64,000 nt of DNA from Candidatus Neptunichlamydia sp. (GTDB taxonomy: Bacteria > Chlamydiota > Chlamydiia > Chlamydiales > Simkaniaceae), in the NCBI GenBank assembly GCA_965233865.1, contig OZ247587.1, forward strand, positions 896,001-960,000, given 5' to 3'. The notes beneath the pieces were generated by a model, which saw nothing but the letters and a program-made list of their open reading frames with translations, was not told where the DNA came from and made no database searches. Shown in pieces: positions 19,303 through 28,900 of the stretch. The translations under genes and the position numbers were made by a program. Numbering within the stretch: position 1 is the first letter of the stretch; each line of letters begins with the position of its first letter.

Positions 19303-20219
19303 TTAGATCCGTTCCGCGACTCGAAGTTTGGCGCTTCGGGCACGCCGGTTTGTACGGCTCTCTTGAAATGTAGGAATAAGCGGCTTCTTAGTCAGTAGCT
19401 TCAGTATGGGATAGATGTGAGTCTCTTTCATTTCGATCATTTTTTTAATGGGCCTGGATGCTGTGCGGAAAAGATTCTTCACAATCCGGTCTTCAAGCCG
19501 GTGGAAAGAAAGAACGCCGATACGCCCTTCTGGAGCGAGGATTTGAATGGCACTTTTTACCCCTTCTTCGATCGAATCGAGTTCACGATTGACACAGATT
19601 CTAAGGGCTTGGAAGACAAGGGTTGCAGGGTGGAGTTTTTTCTTACTGCGGCCGATCGACTCCGATAAGATTTCAGCGAGCTGTGTCGTGGTTTCAATGG
19701 GCTCCTTTCTTCGCGCTTCCACGATTGCTCGCGCTGCTTGTCGCCATCGCCGCTCTTCTCCATATTCGCGAAACAAATTTGCTAAATCTTTTTCAGACCA
19801 CTTATTAACGATCTCTTTTGCCTTTATACCAGTCGACGGATCCATCCGCATATCCAAGGGACCTTCCCTAAGAAAACTAAAGCCTCTTTTTTCTTCATCT
19901 AACTGCATTGATGACACTCCCAAGTCAAAAAAAAACCGTCTAATTTTTTAATTCCCCGCTCCCCAAGCTCCTCTTCCAATCGATTAAAATTCGAATGGAC
20001 AAAAGTCACCTTCCCTTCAAAATCCTTTAAATTATTTTTTGCAAGCGCTAAAGCATTTTCATCCTGGTCGCACCCATAATAGGTTTCAATCTCAGGGTGC
20101 GCTTCAAGCAGCGCTTTTGCAAACCCCGCTGCGCCCAGCGTTCCATCGAAAAAAGTCTTGATCTTTTGGTCCTTAAAAATTTCCAAACTCTCCGTAAGCA
20201 TAACCGGGATGTGTTTCAT
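19303..20219 (-). pseudogene. rsmH: 16S rRNA m4C1402 methyltransferase RsmH/MraW, split by a frameshift in a T9 tract (19927..19935)
   Basis: N-half HIPVML, DGTLGAAG (19899..20219); C-half LGVSSMQLD, PLDMRMD, FQALRI, FHRLEDR, RARSAKLR (19303..19923). The frames join if one T is added. Confidence 0.9.
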
Positions 20220-20740
20220 TAAATCTGCTCGTATTCTTCTTGTTGATCGGGAGTCAACACCTCTTCCTTATCTCTTTCATCTAAAAGAGCAAAGGCTTCC
20301 TCTGTCATCTGCGATAAATTTCCGTCTTTCCCATCTAAAAAGCTCTCCAGGTCGAATTCATACTTCTCTTTCGGCCAAATCTCAATTTTGTTTAGAACAC
20401 CTGCAATCACGATTTCATTTTTGATATTTGCTGCTTTTTTCAAAACAGGAGGAAGGACGACGCGTCCTAATTTGTCACATGTAGCGTGGTGAAGTGTGGA
20501 AAAGAAAAGCGTAAAGAACTTTTGATACTTAGCCACATGCTGTTTTGACTGAAACTTTTTAACAATTTTCTCAATGTCACTTCTCTTGTAAATCGCGAGG
20601 GATCCTCCAAGCCCAAGAGCAATAGTGAACTCAAGCTCTCCATTTTCCACAAGCCCGTAGCGCATTTGCTGAGGAAGAACGAAGCGGTTCTTATCATCAA
20701 GCTTAGAGTGGGTAGATCCGTTAAAGAAGAAGTTTTTCAT
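20219..20740 (-). CDS. mraZ: Transcriptional regulator MraZ
   Basis: Two AbrB/MraZ motifs, LDDKNRFVLP and CDKLGRVVLP, plus KIEIW; first gene of the dcw cluster. Confidence 0.9.
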   Translation of the reverse strand: MKNFFFNGSTHSKLDDKNRFVLPQQMRYGLVENGELEFTIALGLGGSLAIYKRSDIEKIVKKFQSKQHVAKYQKFFTLFFSTLHHATCDKLGRVVLPPVLKKAANIKNEIVIAGVLNKIEIWPKEKYEFDLESFLDGKDGNLSQMTEEAFALLDERDKEEVLTPDQQEEYEQI

Positions 20741-20759
20741 AAGTTAATGTCGTTAAATT

Positions 20760-20897
20760 TTCCACTTATTTCCACATCCTATCATCGGTTTTGAAAATGA
20801 GCAATGTTTTTGTCTAAAAGCTCTGTTTGAAAATGCCTAAATGATTTTTAACCCACTTAAAACAAATAAGAAAAGACTGGTGGAAATCTGTGGAAAA
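20760..20897. promoter_or_regulatory. Candidate MraZ-binding repeats and DnaA box in the divergent promoter region
   Basis: TTCCAC at 20760 and 20770, GTGGAA at 20880 and 20890 (10-bp period); TGTGGAAAA at 20889..20897 fits TTWTNCACA on the reverse strand. Confidence 0.5.
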
Positions 20898-20975
20898 ATT
20901 GTTCATGCTTTTTGGTTGTACCGAAAAAAAACAGAGATCGGTATAAATAGGGGAAACACTTATTAGAAGGCATAA

Positions 20976-21494
20976 ATGGTAGACCCTAAAACAGTAGATA
21001 ATCTTGGATTGGACTCCTCTGTTCGTTGGGCACAAGATCAGGCCTACCTTGATAAAAGTCTCTCAAAAGAGGCCCCTTTTGTTTCTCGAAGTACACAGAT
21101 TGACGTTGCTCATCCCTTTTATAGAAGCGAGTTCGACACTCTCTTTCAAACTTCCAGTCGATTTGCCCCATGGGCACTTCTCTCTCCTCCTTCTGGCTTT
21201 AATCTCCAAAAGATGCGCCTCTTTACCTTCCAAATTATTCCCTCACTTGGCACCCATGAATTTCTTTCTGCTCAGATGCAGAAAATCCGCGATAAGGTAG
21301 ACAATTCCCAAAAGGCGCGTGCCCAAAGACGCCAAGAAGGAAAAGGGTCGGAGTATGAATGGGAAGATGAGAAAGAAGAGGAAGAGGAATTTCGGGAATC
21401 CAAAGCCCTCATTGCCCTTTTTGATTATCTTCAAGTTCTCGACACCCTACTTTCTCAGATCAATTCACGACGCAACCAGTACTCAAAAGGATAG
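20976..21494 (+). CDS. Chlamydiae-conserved hypothetical protein (CT273-like)
   Basis: WALLSPP, LFTFQIIPSLG, C-terminal RRNQYSKG; sits between rsmH and the TPR chaperone, as in Chlamydia. Confidence 0.7.
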   Translation: MVDPKTVDNLGLDSSVRWAQDQAYLDKSLSKEAPFVSRSTQIDVAHPFYRSEFDTLFQTSSRFAPWALLSPPSGFNLQKMRLFTFQIIPSLGTHEFLSAQMQKIRDKVDNSQKARAQRRQEGKGSEYEWEDEKEEEEEFRESKALIALFDYLQVLDTLLSQINSRRNQYSKG

Positions 21495-21499
21495 GCGCC

Positions 21500-21892
21500 A
21501 TGGATACAAATTGGATTAAACTTCTGGGGTGGAATAAAGATCAGATAGAAGACATTCGATTCGCTGGATACTCTTTTGCTAAACAGGGGCATTATGAACA
21601 CGCCCTAAAGTTTTTTGAAGTCTTAGTGATCCTTCCCGAAGAAAATGTTTACGACCTTCAAACCCTTGGAGGCATCTACCTTCAAGTAGGCAACAACCTC
21701 TCTGCCCTAAACCACCTTGAAAAAGCACTTTCCCTTGATCCTAAGCATGAGCCTACTCTTTTGAATAGAGCCAAAGCTCTCTTTCTCCTTGGATACAAAC
21801 GGCAGGGCCTTACTCAAGCATCCTACCTAGAGCGCAGTTCCGATTCCTATATTGCTGACCAAGCACGCGCCCTCACTCTCGCCTATAGCTAA
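21500..21892 (+). CDS. TPR protein, putative type III secretion chaperone (CT274-like)
   Basis: LGW....EDIRFAGYSFAKQGHY, YDLQTLGGIYLQ, TLLNRAKALF (TPR repeats). Confidence 0.75.
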   Translation: MDTNWIKLLGWNKDQIEDIRFAGYSFAKQGHYEHALKFFEVLVILPEENVYDLQTLGGIYLQVGNNLSALNHLEKALSLDPKHEPTLLNRAKALFLLGYKRQGLTQASYLERSSDSYIADQARALTLAYS

Positions 21893-21963
21893 TCCGGTCG
21901 AAAAAGATGAGCTCTGGGGTAATGCTATTCAGCAAATGATCCGCACCGAATTTACCTTGGCCT

Positions 21964-23664
21964 TTAATCAACTTGAGCTGTAACTCTTCGGCGATCTCTT
22001 TTGATGAGTGGGAGATCTCCTTTCTGGGCCTCTTCAATCTCGCAGGTGAAAGAAGGAAGATCAATTTTATACCCTTCAATAAACTTGTGCCCCCACTCCT
22101 TCTTTTGGGAGAAGGTGGGATCCTGAATTGCAATCATTGGAGCAATCTTCTTTTCTTCATAGAAAAGAGCAACAGCTGTAGGAGTAAGTTGGCGCTCCCA
22201 CAATTTGCGGAAAATAGTAAAGTCATTAATCCCTTCAAGCGATTCGAATAGTGACTTCCGGCAAAGAGCCGCTGAAAAGGGACGGCTTGCCCCCTCTTCT
22301 CCTAGTTGATACGCGTAAATTCCTTGATCGATGGGAATTGTGTGCGGAAGAGCTTCTCCCTCTTCGACTTCGTGAGATAAGAAGAAATGGTCAGCGTGCA
22401 CTTTTTCCATAGCAGAGATGCAATCATGAAACTGAATCCTTTCCTCAAAGATAAGTTGATCGTCTACAATCGCCAGATAGGGAGATGCATGACGTTTATT
22501 AGCCAAAACCTTAGAAATCAAAGTAGCATAATCATTTCCAGGATAATCACACACATTCAAGAATTGCACCGTATGAAACTCATTTTGCAGGTTGAGATAG
22601 GCCCGTTGGAATTCATGGTCATTTCCCTTATAAAGAACGTAGATTTCATTGATATCCCTTGCATTTAACAAGAGAGATTCAAGACAAGCATAGAGGTGGA
22701 GAGGACTATCTTCGGAAAAAAGAATGAAGTCACTTTTGTATCGATGAAAGCTCGGGCTGCTTATCTCCAGCTTAAGCTGAGACAGGGTCTTGTATGAAGG
22801 AAGTGATCGCAGGTGGGCGTCAATCAAAGCAACTTTCTGGAGATGGAGTTTGTGATCTACAACAGAAACGCTGTCATTTTTTACATAACTGACTTCATCC
22901 ATAAAAAGGATATGTTCAGGACCCATTTCAAAAAGAGGAAGCAAACTCGCGAGCCCATAACATTCATCAATAAATTTTCCCTTGTATAGGAGGTCTTGCA
23001 GTCTCACATTTTGAAAGAACCCTGCATAAAACGTCGTGAGCGGGCTAATCTTTTCGCGTACTTTTTGACGAAACTCTTTCCCTAAGAGGAGCGACTCAGA
23101 AAATTCATGCCCAGAAAGTACTTGGTAATCAGGGTGAGAAATAGCCCTTGAATGGGTCATCCATACGCCAGGATTCGCATAAGCACAGTTAAGATGATCA
23201 AAGACATTTTCATGTGATAGCCAATCTTTTCCCTCAATAAGTGCTACAATTTCGTGGGGGTCAAGGCGCTGGATAACATCGTATAAAACTTCAAGGTTAG
23301 GCTTTCGATTTTCGTAGCGAATCAGTTCCAATTTTCTCTCTTGATTTTGAGAGTAAGCCTCAGCTCTTTCGTAAGTGCCATCTGTCGATCCATTATCGAT
23401 GAGGATCACGCGCGTATAAGGATAGGTTTGCGTGAATAAAGAGTCTAAATTTCGTTGAACATCCTTTGCATTATTCTCAGCAAGGATAACTGCAACGATC
23501 ACCTGATCTTCCAATATCGGATGAATAATTCCAAGACGTGATTGAAGCGCTGTTTCTTTCTTCTGTGGCGCGATTTTTTCAATCACACCAAAATGGGTTT
23601 TCAATCCATAATAGGTTGAGGCAAGCAGGCCAATAAGAACTAAAAAAACGAAACCCTTTTTCAT
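21964..23664 (-). CDS. Membrane-anchored glycosyltransferase family 2-like protein with two GT-A-like domains
   Basis: N-terminal TM; LDSLFTQTYP..RVILIDNGSTDGT; a second GT-A-like region (ACLESLL...INEIYVLY). Confidence 0.7.
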   Translation of the reverse strand: MKKGFVFLVLIGLLASTYYGLKTHFGVIEKIAPQKKETALQSRLGIIHPILEDQVIVAVILAENNAKDVQRNLDSLFTQTYPYTRVILIDNGSTDGTYERAEAYSQNQERKLELIRYENRKPNLEVLYDVIQRLDPHEIVALIEGKDWLSHENVFDHLNCAYANPGVWMTHSRAISHPDYQVLSGHEFSESLLLGKEFRQKVREKISPLTTFYAGFFQNVRLQDLLYKGKFIDECYGLASLLPLFEMGPEHILFMDEVSYVKNDSVSVVDHKLHLQKVALIDAHLRSLPSYKTLSQLKLEISSPSFHRYKSDFILFSEDSPLHLYACLESLLLNARDINEIYVLYKGNDHEFQRAYLNLQNEFHTVQFLNVCDYPGNDYATLISKVLANKRHASPYLAIVDDQLIFEERIQFHDCISAMEKVHADHFFLSHEVEEGEALPHTIPIDQGIYAYQLGEEGASRPFSAALCRKSLFESLEGINDFTIFRKLWERQLTPTAVALFYEEKKIAPMIAIQDPTFSQKKEWGHKFIEGYKIDLPSFTCEIEEAQKGDLPLIKRDRRRVTAQVD

Positions 23665-23878
23665 AAAGCAACTCCAATGCTGAATGTAAAACTATATAGC
23701 GTGTTTGAACTTTTTTTTGCAATCTAATCACTACAAGGAATGGGTTCTTGTTATTTTATGCTCCTTTTTTTTCAGTTTTAGAGTGTTAGAAAAAAAAGGC
23801 CGAAAGGTAGAGAAATATACTTGCTGAAAGAAAAGGATGGTGGTAGTGTTACGCCGAAAAAAAGGGAAGCTGTTTTAT

Positions 23879-23898
23879 TGTGGAAAAAATGTCGATAA
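23879..23898. promoter_or_regulatory. Two DnaA boxes upstream of dnaA
   Basis: TGTGGAAAA (23879..23887, fits TTWTNCACA) and TGTCGATAA (23890..23898, one mismatch to TGTGGATAA). Confidence 0.55.
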
Positions 23899-23913
23899 CT
23901 TTTGGAAATAACA

Positions 23914-25248
23914 ATGCCTCTTGAAACAAAAGAAAATACCTGGTCTGAATTCCTATCCTTTATGCAAGATCGGTGCTCGCGTGCCGAATTTGAAAATTGG
24001 ATCGCGCCAATAAAATGTGTCGAAGAATCAGATCCTATAACATTGCAAGTTCCTAATGTGTTTGTTCAACAGTATCTCCTCGATAACTACGAAGAAGCCC
24101 TTGCAAGTTTTTTTCCAAAGGACAACAAAGGTAAACCTCTGATCTCTTTTTTGATTAAAGAGGGAGAAAAACGGAAAGAACTTAAAAAAGAGCTCCCCAA
24201 ACCGAAAAAGAAATCAGACATCGGACACCCTCTTTCCTTCAACGTCTCTTACACATTTGAAAACTTCATTGAAGGTCCTTCCAACCAATTTATTAAATCA
24301 GCCGCTCTTGGCGTTGCATCTCGTCCTGGAAAATCTTACAACCCCCTCTTTATCCATGGGGGTGTGGGCCTAGGAAAAACTCACCTACTTCATGGCATTG
24401 GGCACTCCATCCAAAAAAATCATAAAAAACTCTGCATCCAATGCATCACAACCGAAGCGTTTATCAATGATCTTGTCTCCCACTTGAGGAGTAAGTCCGT
24501 CGACAAAATGAAGCGGTACTTCCGCACCCTTGATGTCCTCCTTGTCGATGATATCCAGTTCTTGCAAAACCGTCTCAATTTTGAGGAAGAGTTTTGTAAT
24601 ATGTTTGAAGCCTTGATCAATCAAGGTAAGCAGATCGTGATTACCAGCGATAAACCTCCAGGACAGTTGAAACTTTCAGAACGCATGGTTGCGCGCATGG
24701 AATGGGGCCTAGTTGCACATATCGGAACTCCAGATTTAGAAACGCGCGTTGCTATCTTGCAATATAAAGCAGAAAAAACCGGCCTCCACCTTCCAAGCCA
24801 AACTGCATTCTATATCGCAGAACATATCTATAATAACGTGCGGCAACTTGAAGGAGCTATCAATCGACTTGGGGCTTACTGCCGCTTGATGCACCTTGAG
24901 CCCACCCAAGACGTAGTAGATTCAACACTCAGTGAAATGTTCCAAGCACCCGTTCGCTCTAAAATCTCCGTAGACCGGATCCTTCACAGCGTCGCATCGA
25001 TGTTCAATGTCAGAGAAAGTGATCTCCGCGGATCGTCCCGAGCCAAAGATGTGACATATCCACGGCAAATTGCCATGTATCTTGCCAAGGAACTACTCGG
25101 AGAATCCCTCATCAAGATCGCTTCGTCCTTTGGTGGTAAAACCCATTCGACCCTCCTCCATGCTTGGAAAAAAATCTCCCAGCAACTGGAAAGAGACGAT
25201 GTGCTGCGTCGTCAAATTCAAATGACACGGCAAAACATCGAAGCTTAG
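23914..25248 (+). CDS. dnaA: Chromosomal replication initiator DnaA
   Basis: [48 protein letters not shown]; likely start ATG 23914. Confidence 0.96.
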   Translation: MPLETKENTWSEFLSFMQDRCSRAEFENWIAPIKCVEESDPITLQVPNVFVQQYLLDNYEEALASFFPKDNKGKPLISFLIKEGEKRKELKKELPKPKKKSDIGHPLSFNVSYTFENFIEGPSNQFIKSAALGVASRPGKSYNPLFIHGGVGLGKTHLLHGIGHSIQKNHKKLCIQCITTEAFINDLVSHLRSKSVDKMKRYFRTLDVLLVDDIQFLQNRLNFEEEFCNMFEALINQGKQIVITSDKPPGQLKLSERMVARMEWGLVAHIGTPDLETRVAILQYKAEKTGLHLPSQTAFYIAEHIYNNVRQLEGAINRLGAYCRLMHLEPTQDVVDSTLSEMFQAPVRSKISVDRILHSVASMFNVRESDLRGSSRAKDVTYPRQIAMYLAKELLGESLIKIASSFGGKTHSTLLHAWKKISQQLERDDVLRRQIQMTRQNIEA

Positions 25249-25368
25249 ATAAATGTTAACTTTAAGCGGAAGAAATTCTTCAAAATTTATTTGATAAGCA
25301 TTCTACGAATTTCCTCCATGAAAAGCCTTCCATTACAAATTATGTTAATAAGTTTTTTTAATTAGGTG

Positions 25369-25977
25369 TTACGTTCTATAGTCAATTAGAACAAAGGAAG
25401 TAATTTTCCTTGGGAAATACCCTTTTAAGTAGCGTTTCATATCAAGAAGCTCCCTAGCATCATGCAGGACATCGGTAATGAGAAGAACAGACTTGTCTTG
25501 AAGGCTAGGGCCAGGAAGAAAGCAAGGGCATTTCAGAAGACGCGCTAGACTCCTTGCCAAAAGGTAGGAGGGCTCTCTTTGAGGAAAGAGCCTGTTGGTG
25601 TTTGGAACAACCGCATCGGGGATGGAAAAGGAAGAGCGACTCAGTGCAAGAAGGAGAAAGGCGGCAAGATCTTTCCCTTGCTTGGTTTTAAGAAAATGAT
25701 TGTAGAGAGAAAGGATGGGACCGCACCCTTCAAAAAGAGATAGATGAGGGCGAAGCGGGCGAGGGGATCCTTTGCACGGCTTGCAAGGGGATGGACCGGC
25801 GCAATAGATGCATCGCTCTTTTGAAGGAATCCATTCTATCAACTCAAGGCATGAGGGACAGAGAAGATGGTGCTTCTCTGCAAGGGATCCATCGCAATGA
25901 AGACAGTAAGAGGGATAAAAAAAATGGAGAATAGCTTTAACGCAAGCCGTACTTCGGATTCTCAAAGGTTCCCCCAA
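25369..25977 (-). CDS. ComF-like protein (double zinc ribbon with a degenerate PRTase domain)
   Basis: YPSYCLHC, LCPSC, RCIYC, CKPC; the PRPP loop is degenerate (VLLITDVLHD); start uncertain. Confidence 0.6.
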   Translation of the reverse strand: MGEPLRIRSTACVKAILHFFYPSYCLHCDGSLAEKHHLLCPSCLELIEWIPSKERCIYCAGPSPCKPCKGSPRPLRPHLSLFEGCGPILSLYNHFLKTKQGKDLAAFLLLALSRSSFSIPDAVVPNTNRLFPQREPSYLLARSLARLLKCPCFLPGPSLQDKSVLLITDVLHDARELLDMKRYLKGYFPRKITSFVLIDYRT

Positions 25978-28900
25978 TCGATAGCGTAAAGGGTTCGGTC
26001 ACTTTGAGGAGAACATACTGCTTCATCTTAATGTTCACATTGATATTTCCATCAAAGTCTATATAGGAGTGTTCAATCGGCGAAAGGTAAAATTGTGAAC
26101 GCTTACCTTCACTGTAGCTGGATTTAAGTTCTGTAAAATAGACTCTACCATCTACGATTACATATTCTATTTCTCCTCGAACGGGAACCAGAAGTCCCAT
26201 ATCAAGGCCCAATCTCCCCAAAATTTCAAAGGGGATATCGAGGATATGGTAGTCCCTTTTGAAGGTATTGATAAAGTTAATGTTTCCTTTTCCAACAAAA
26301 CTTGAAGCATTGCCGAGGGTTCCACGAATATTATTAGCCCGCAATTCTCGAATAGTCAGGGGTTTAATTCGAGTGGGATACTTTCCAATTTTCTTCAGGA
26401 GACTGGGACGAAAATCCGTGATTACAACTTCAGGAACATTAAGCTCCCACTCTTCATTAGACTTTTTCATCATACGGATAGATTCTATTGCAAACATCCC
26501 AGAGGAATCACTAATTGTAAAGTTGTCGAGTTCGATGTGATCAGGACGAATATCAATTTCGCTCATAAGCGTCCCCATGAGAGACCCCATCAATTGAAAT
26601 TTCTTTCCCTTAAGATATCCCGAAAAATGACTCTCATCAAACTGAGTCTTGGAAATGACTAGGTCTCCGCTGAGCTCATACCCTTTGCCAATCTCAAATT
26701 CAGATACAGTGTTTCGTATGTCCTCCGGCATTAATTGAGCAAGTTTAGGAACATTTACTTTTAACTGCCCTGTAAGCGCCATTTTATCTAAGAAAGACTC
26801 TTTTGGATTATGGTGAAATGAAAAGTCAAGACCGCACACTCCTCCATCCATACTTTGAATAAAAAATCCCTCGTTTGCATTCCAATCTGTTTGGATCACA
26901 AGCGGCTGTTCCCCCCGCTGATCATTGCAGGTTTCTTGAATCACAAAACGAGAGGTAAAATGAGGATGAAATGAAAGGTCAGCTCTTAGGTCAAACGGGA
27001 GCTCGTCATACAGAGTATTCACGTTAACGGTTACGGTTTCTTTCTCATAAGCAAAGGAACAACTGCTTAGATACCACGCTTTATCTCCTACCCAATAGTA
27101 TCCTTCTTTTAAATACCCGCTTGCCATGGAAGATTCACCGAGCTCAAAATCAAGGGATGCCTCAATTTGGTTCTCCCACTCAATCGGATAACCAAAAACA
27201 ATCATTTTCTCTTTCTTGTATCCCAAATGGGGGAGTGAATGGGTCTGCCCAATAAAATGGACCATCTCTGGAGGAGCAATAAGTTTAGCTCCCTGTCCTT
27301 TAAGAATTCCGTCTCTATATCCTAACCAATCAAAGTGACATTTTGCCCACAGTTGATTCGACCGTGGGTGAAGAAAATTGAAAGCGGCTTGGCCTAAGGA
27401 AAACCCATTTTGTGGATTATACGAAATACGAAGAGCCTCTGGACTCTCTACCCTAAGGCGTCCTTTTCCAAACTCTTCACCTACGCAGTGCAGTTCGGAA
27501 TCAAAAGCCCAGTCTTTCCAGCCTCTCGAAAAGTCAAATATGAAGCTCCCTTTTGCAAAAAGGATCCCTTTCAAATAATCCCAATCAAATTCTGTATGGG
27601 GGAAAAGTGTTGCAATCTCCTCTAAGTTAAGTCGAAGTCCCTCAAGAGGGACTTGAAGCTGCCGTTTTTCTTCATCAAAAGTCACAACCCCACTCTTTAA
27701 AAAACTTTTCTTCCAAAGAACTTCTAAATCGGGAAGGTGCCACCGCGCCTCTTCTCTGACCATTGTCGCATGAATCTTTAATGAGCCCGCTTCAAAACGA
27801 TCTAAAGTAAAGCGATCACCTTGTCTTTGCCCATGCACGAGAAGGTGATCAAGATTAATCGACTCCAATCTAAGGCTAGAGCTCTTTGCATCAAAGGAGA
27901 AGCTCTCTTCCTTTCTATTAAACAAAAAGCCAAATTCTAATTCCCCTTCAACGTGGGGACCACGCATCTCATCTAACGTCTCTTCCTTAATAGGAAGAAG
28001 CCCTGCAGAATTAAGGAAGTCTAAATGGTGAACCAAATCAAGAGCTGATAACTTTGTTGCAACACTTGCACGGCTTAAAAATCCTTCGTGAAAGGCCAAA
28101 GTTTCCACCTCCATCCGTGCACCAAAGAAACGAGTGCGACCTGTATCGATATGAAAGCAAAACTCTTCCCCTTCCTGAGCCCCTCTTCCAACAACGCGAC
28201 AGATTTCATAGGTAGGTGCTTCAAGCCGACAATCGTAAATCAGAATTCCTTCTTTCGCATCAAGCTCCAGTACCGGAACATTCAAAGAGTAAGACTTGGG
28301 AACATTCCCCGCGGTTAAGGTGAGATTTCCTGCAACATCCTCAATTTTAAACCTCTCATCTTCTGCAGAATAGTAAAGGTTTCCTGATAAATTCTCAAAA
28401 CCGAAATTTTTTGAAAAGGGGTACTGTCCATTCCTCAAGTGAAGCGCAATCCGCCACTCTAAAAGCTCTTCTATATCCCCAATATATGCATGGAGATGCA
28501 TATCTCCTGGCCCACTTTTTATTGCTCCTGACAAAGGAAGTTCAACGCCTCGAAAAGATTCAAAATGATTGAGAAAGGTAAGAACATCTTTAGCCTCTCC
28601 ATCGATTGCATAGGTGTTTATCGTTAATTCATTGCGATCAGCGCGAGCAAAGTCAACGGCTATTTCTGCTTGAAAGTGAACTCCATCCGCTACTGCGTCA
28701 ACATTTTGAAACAAAAATTCTGTTCCTTCCAGGTCCACTTCTGAGGTGAAGGAATCAAATGAGAGTCCAAATGCGTGTTCTTGCACCTGGGCATTTTTGA
28801 GAGGAATTTTTCCCTGCCAAATTCCTTTCTCAAAGTCTAGAAAAAAATTGCAGTTAGGTGCTTTTTCCTTCCCCTCTCCTTTTGGCATAATATCGATAGC

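Noticed and set aside
25249..25368. AT-rich region next to dnaA as a possible oriC
   Set aside because: No DnaA-box array seen; only two boxes upstream of dnaA, which fit autoregulation better.
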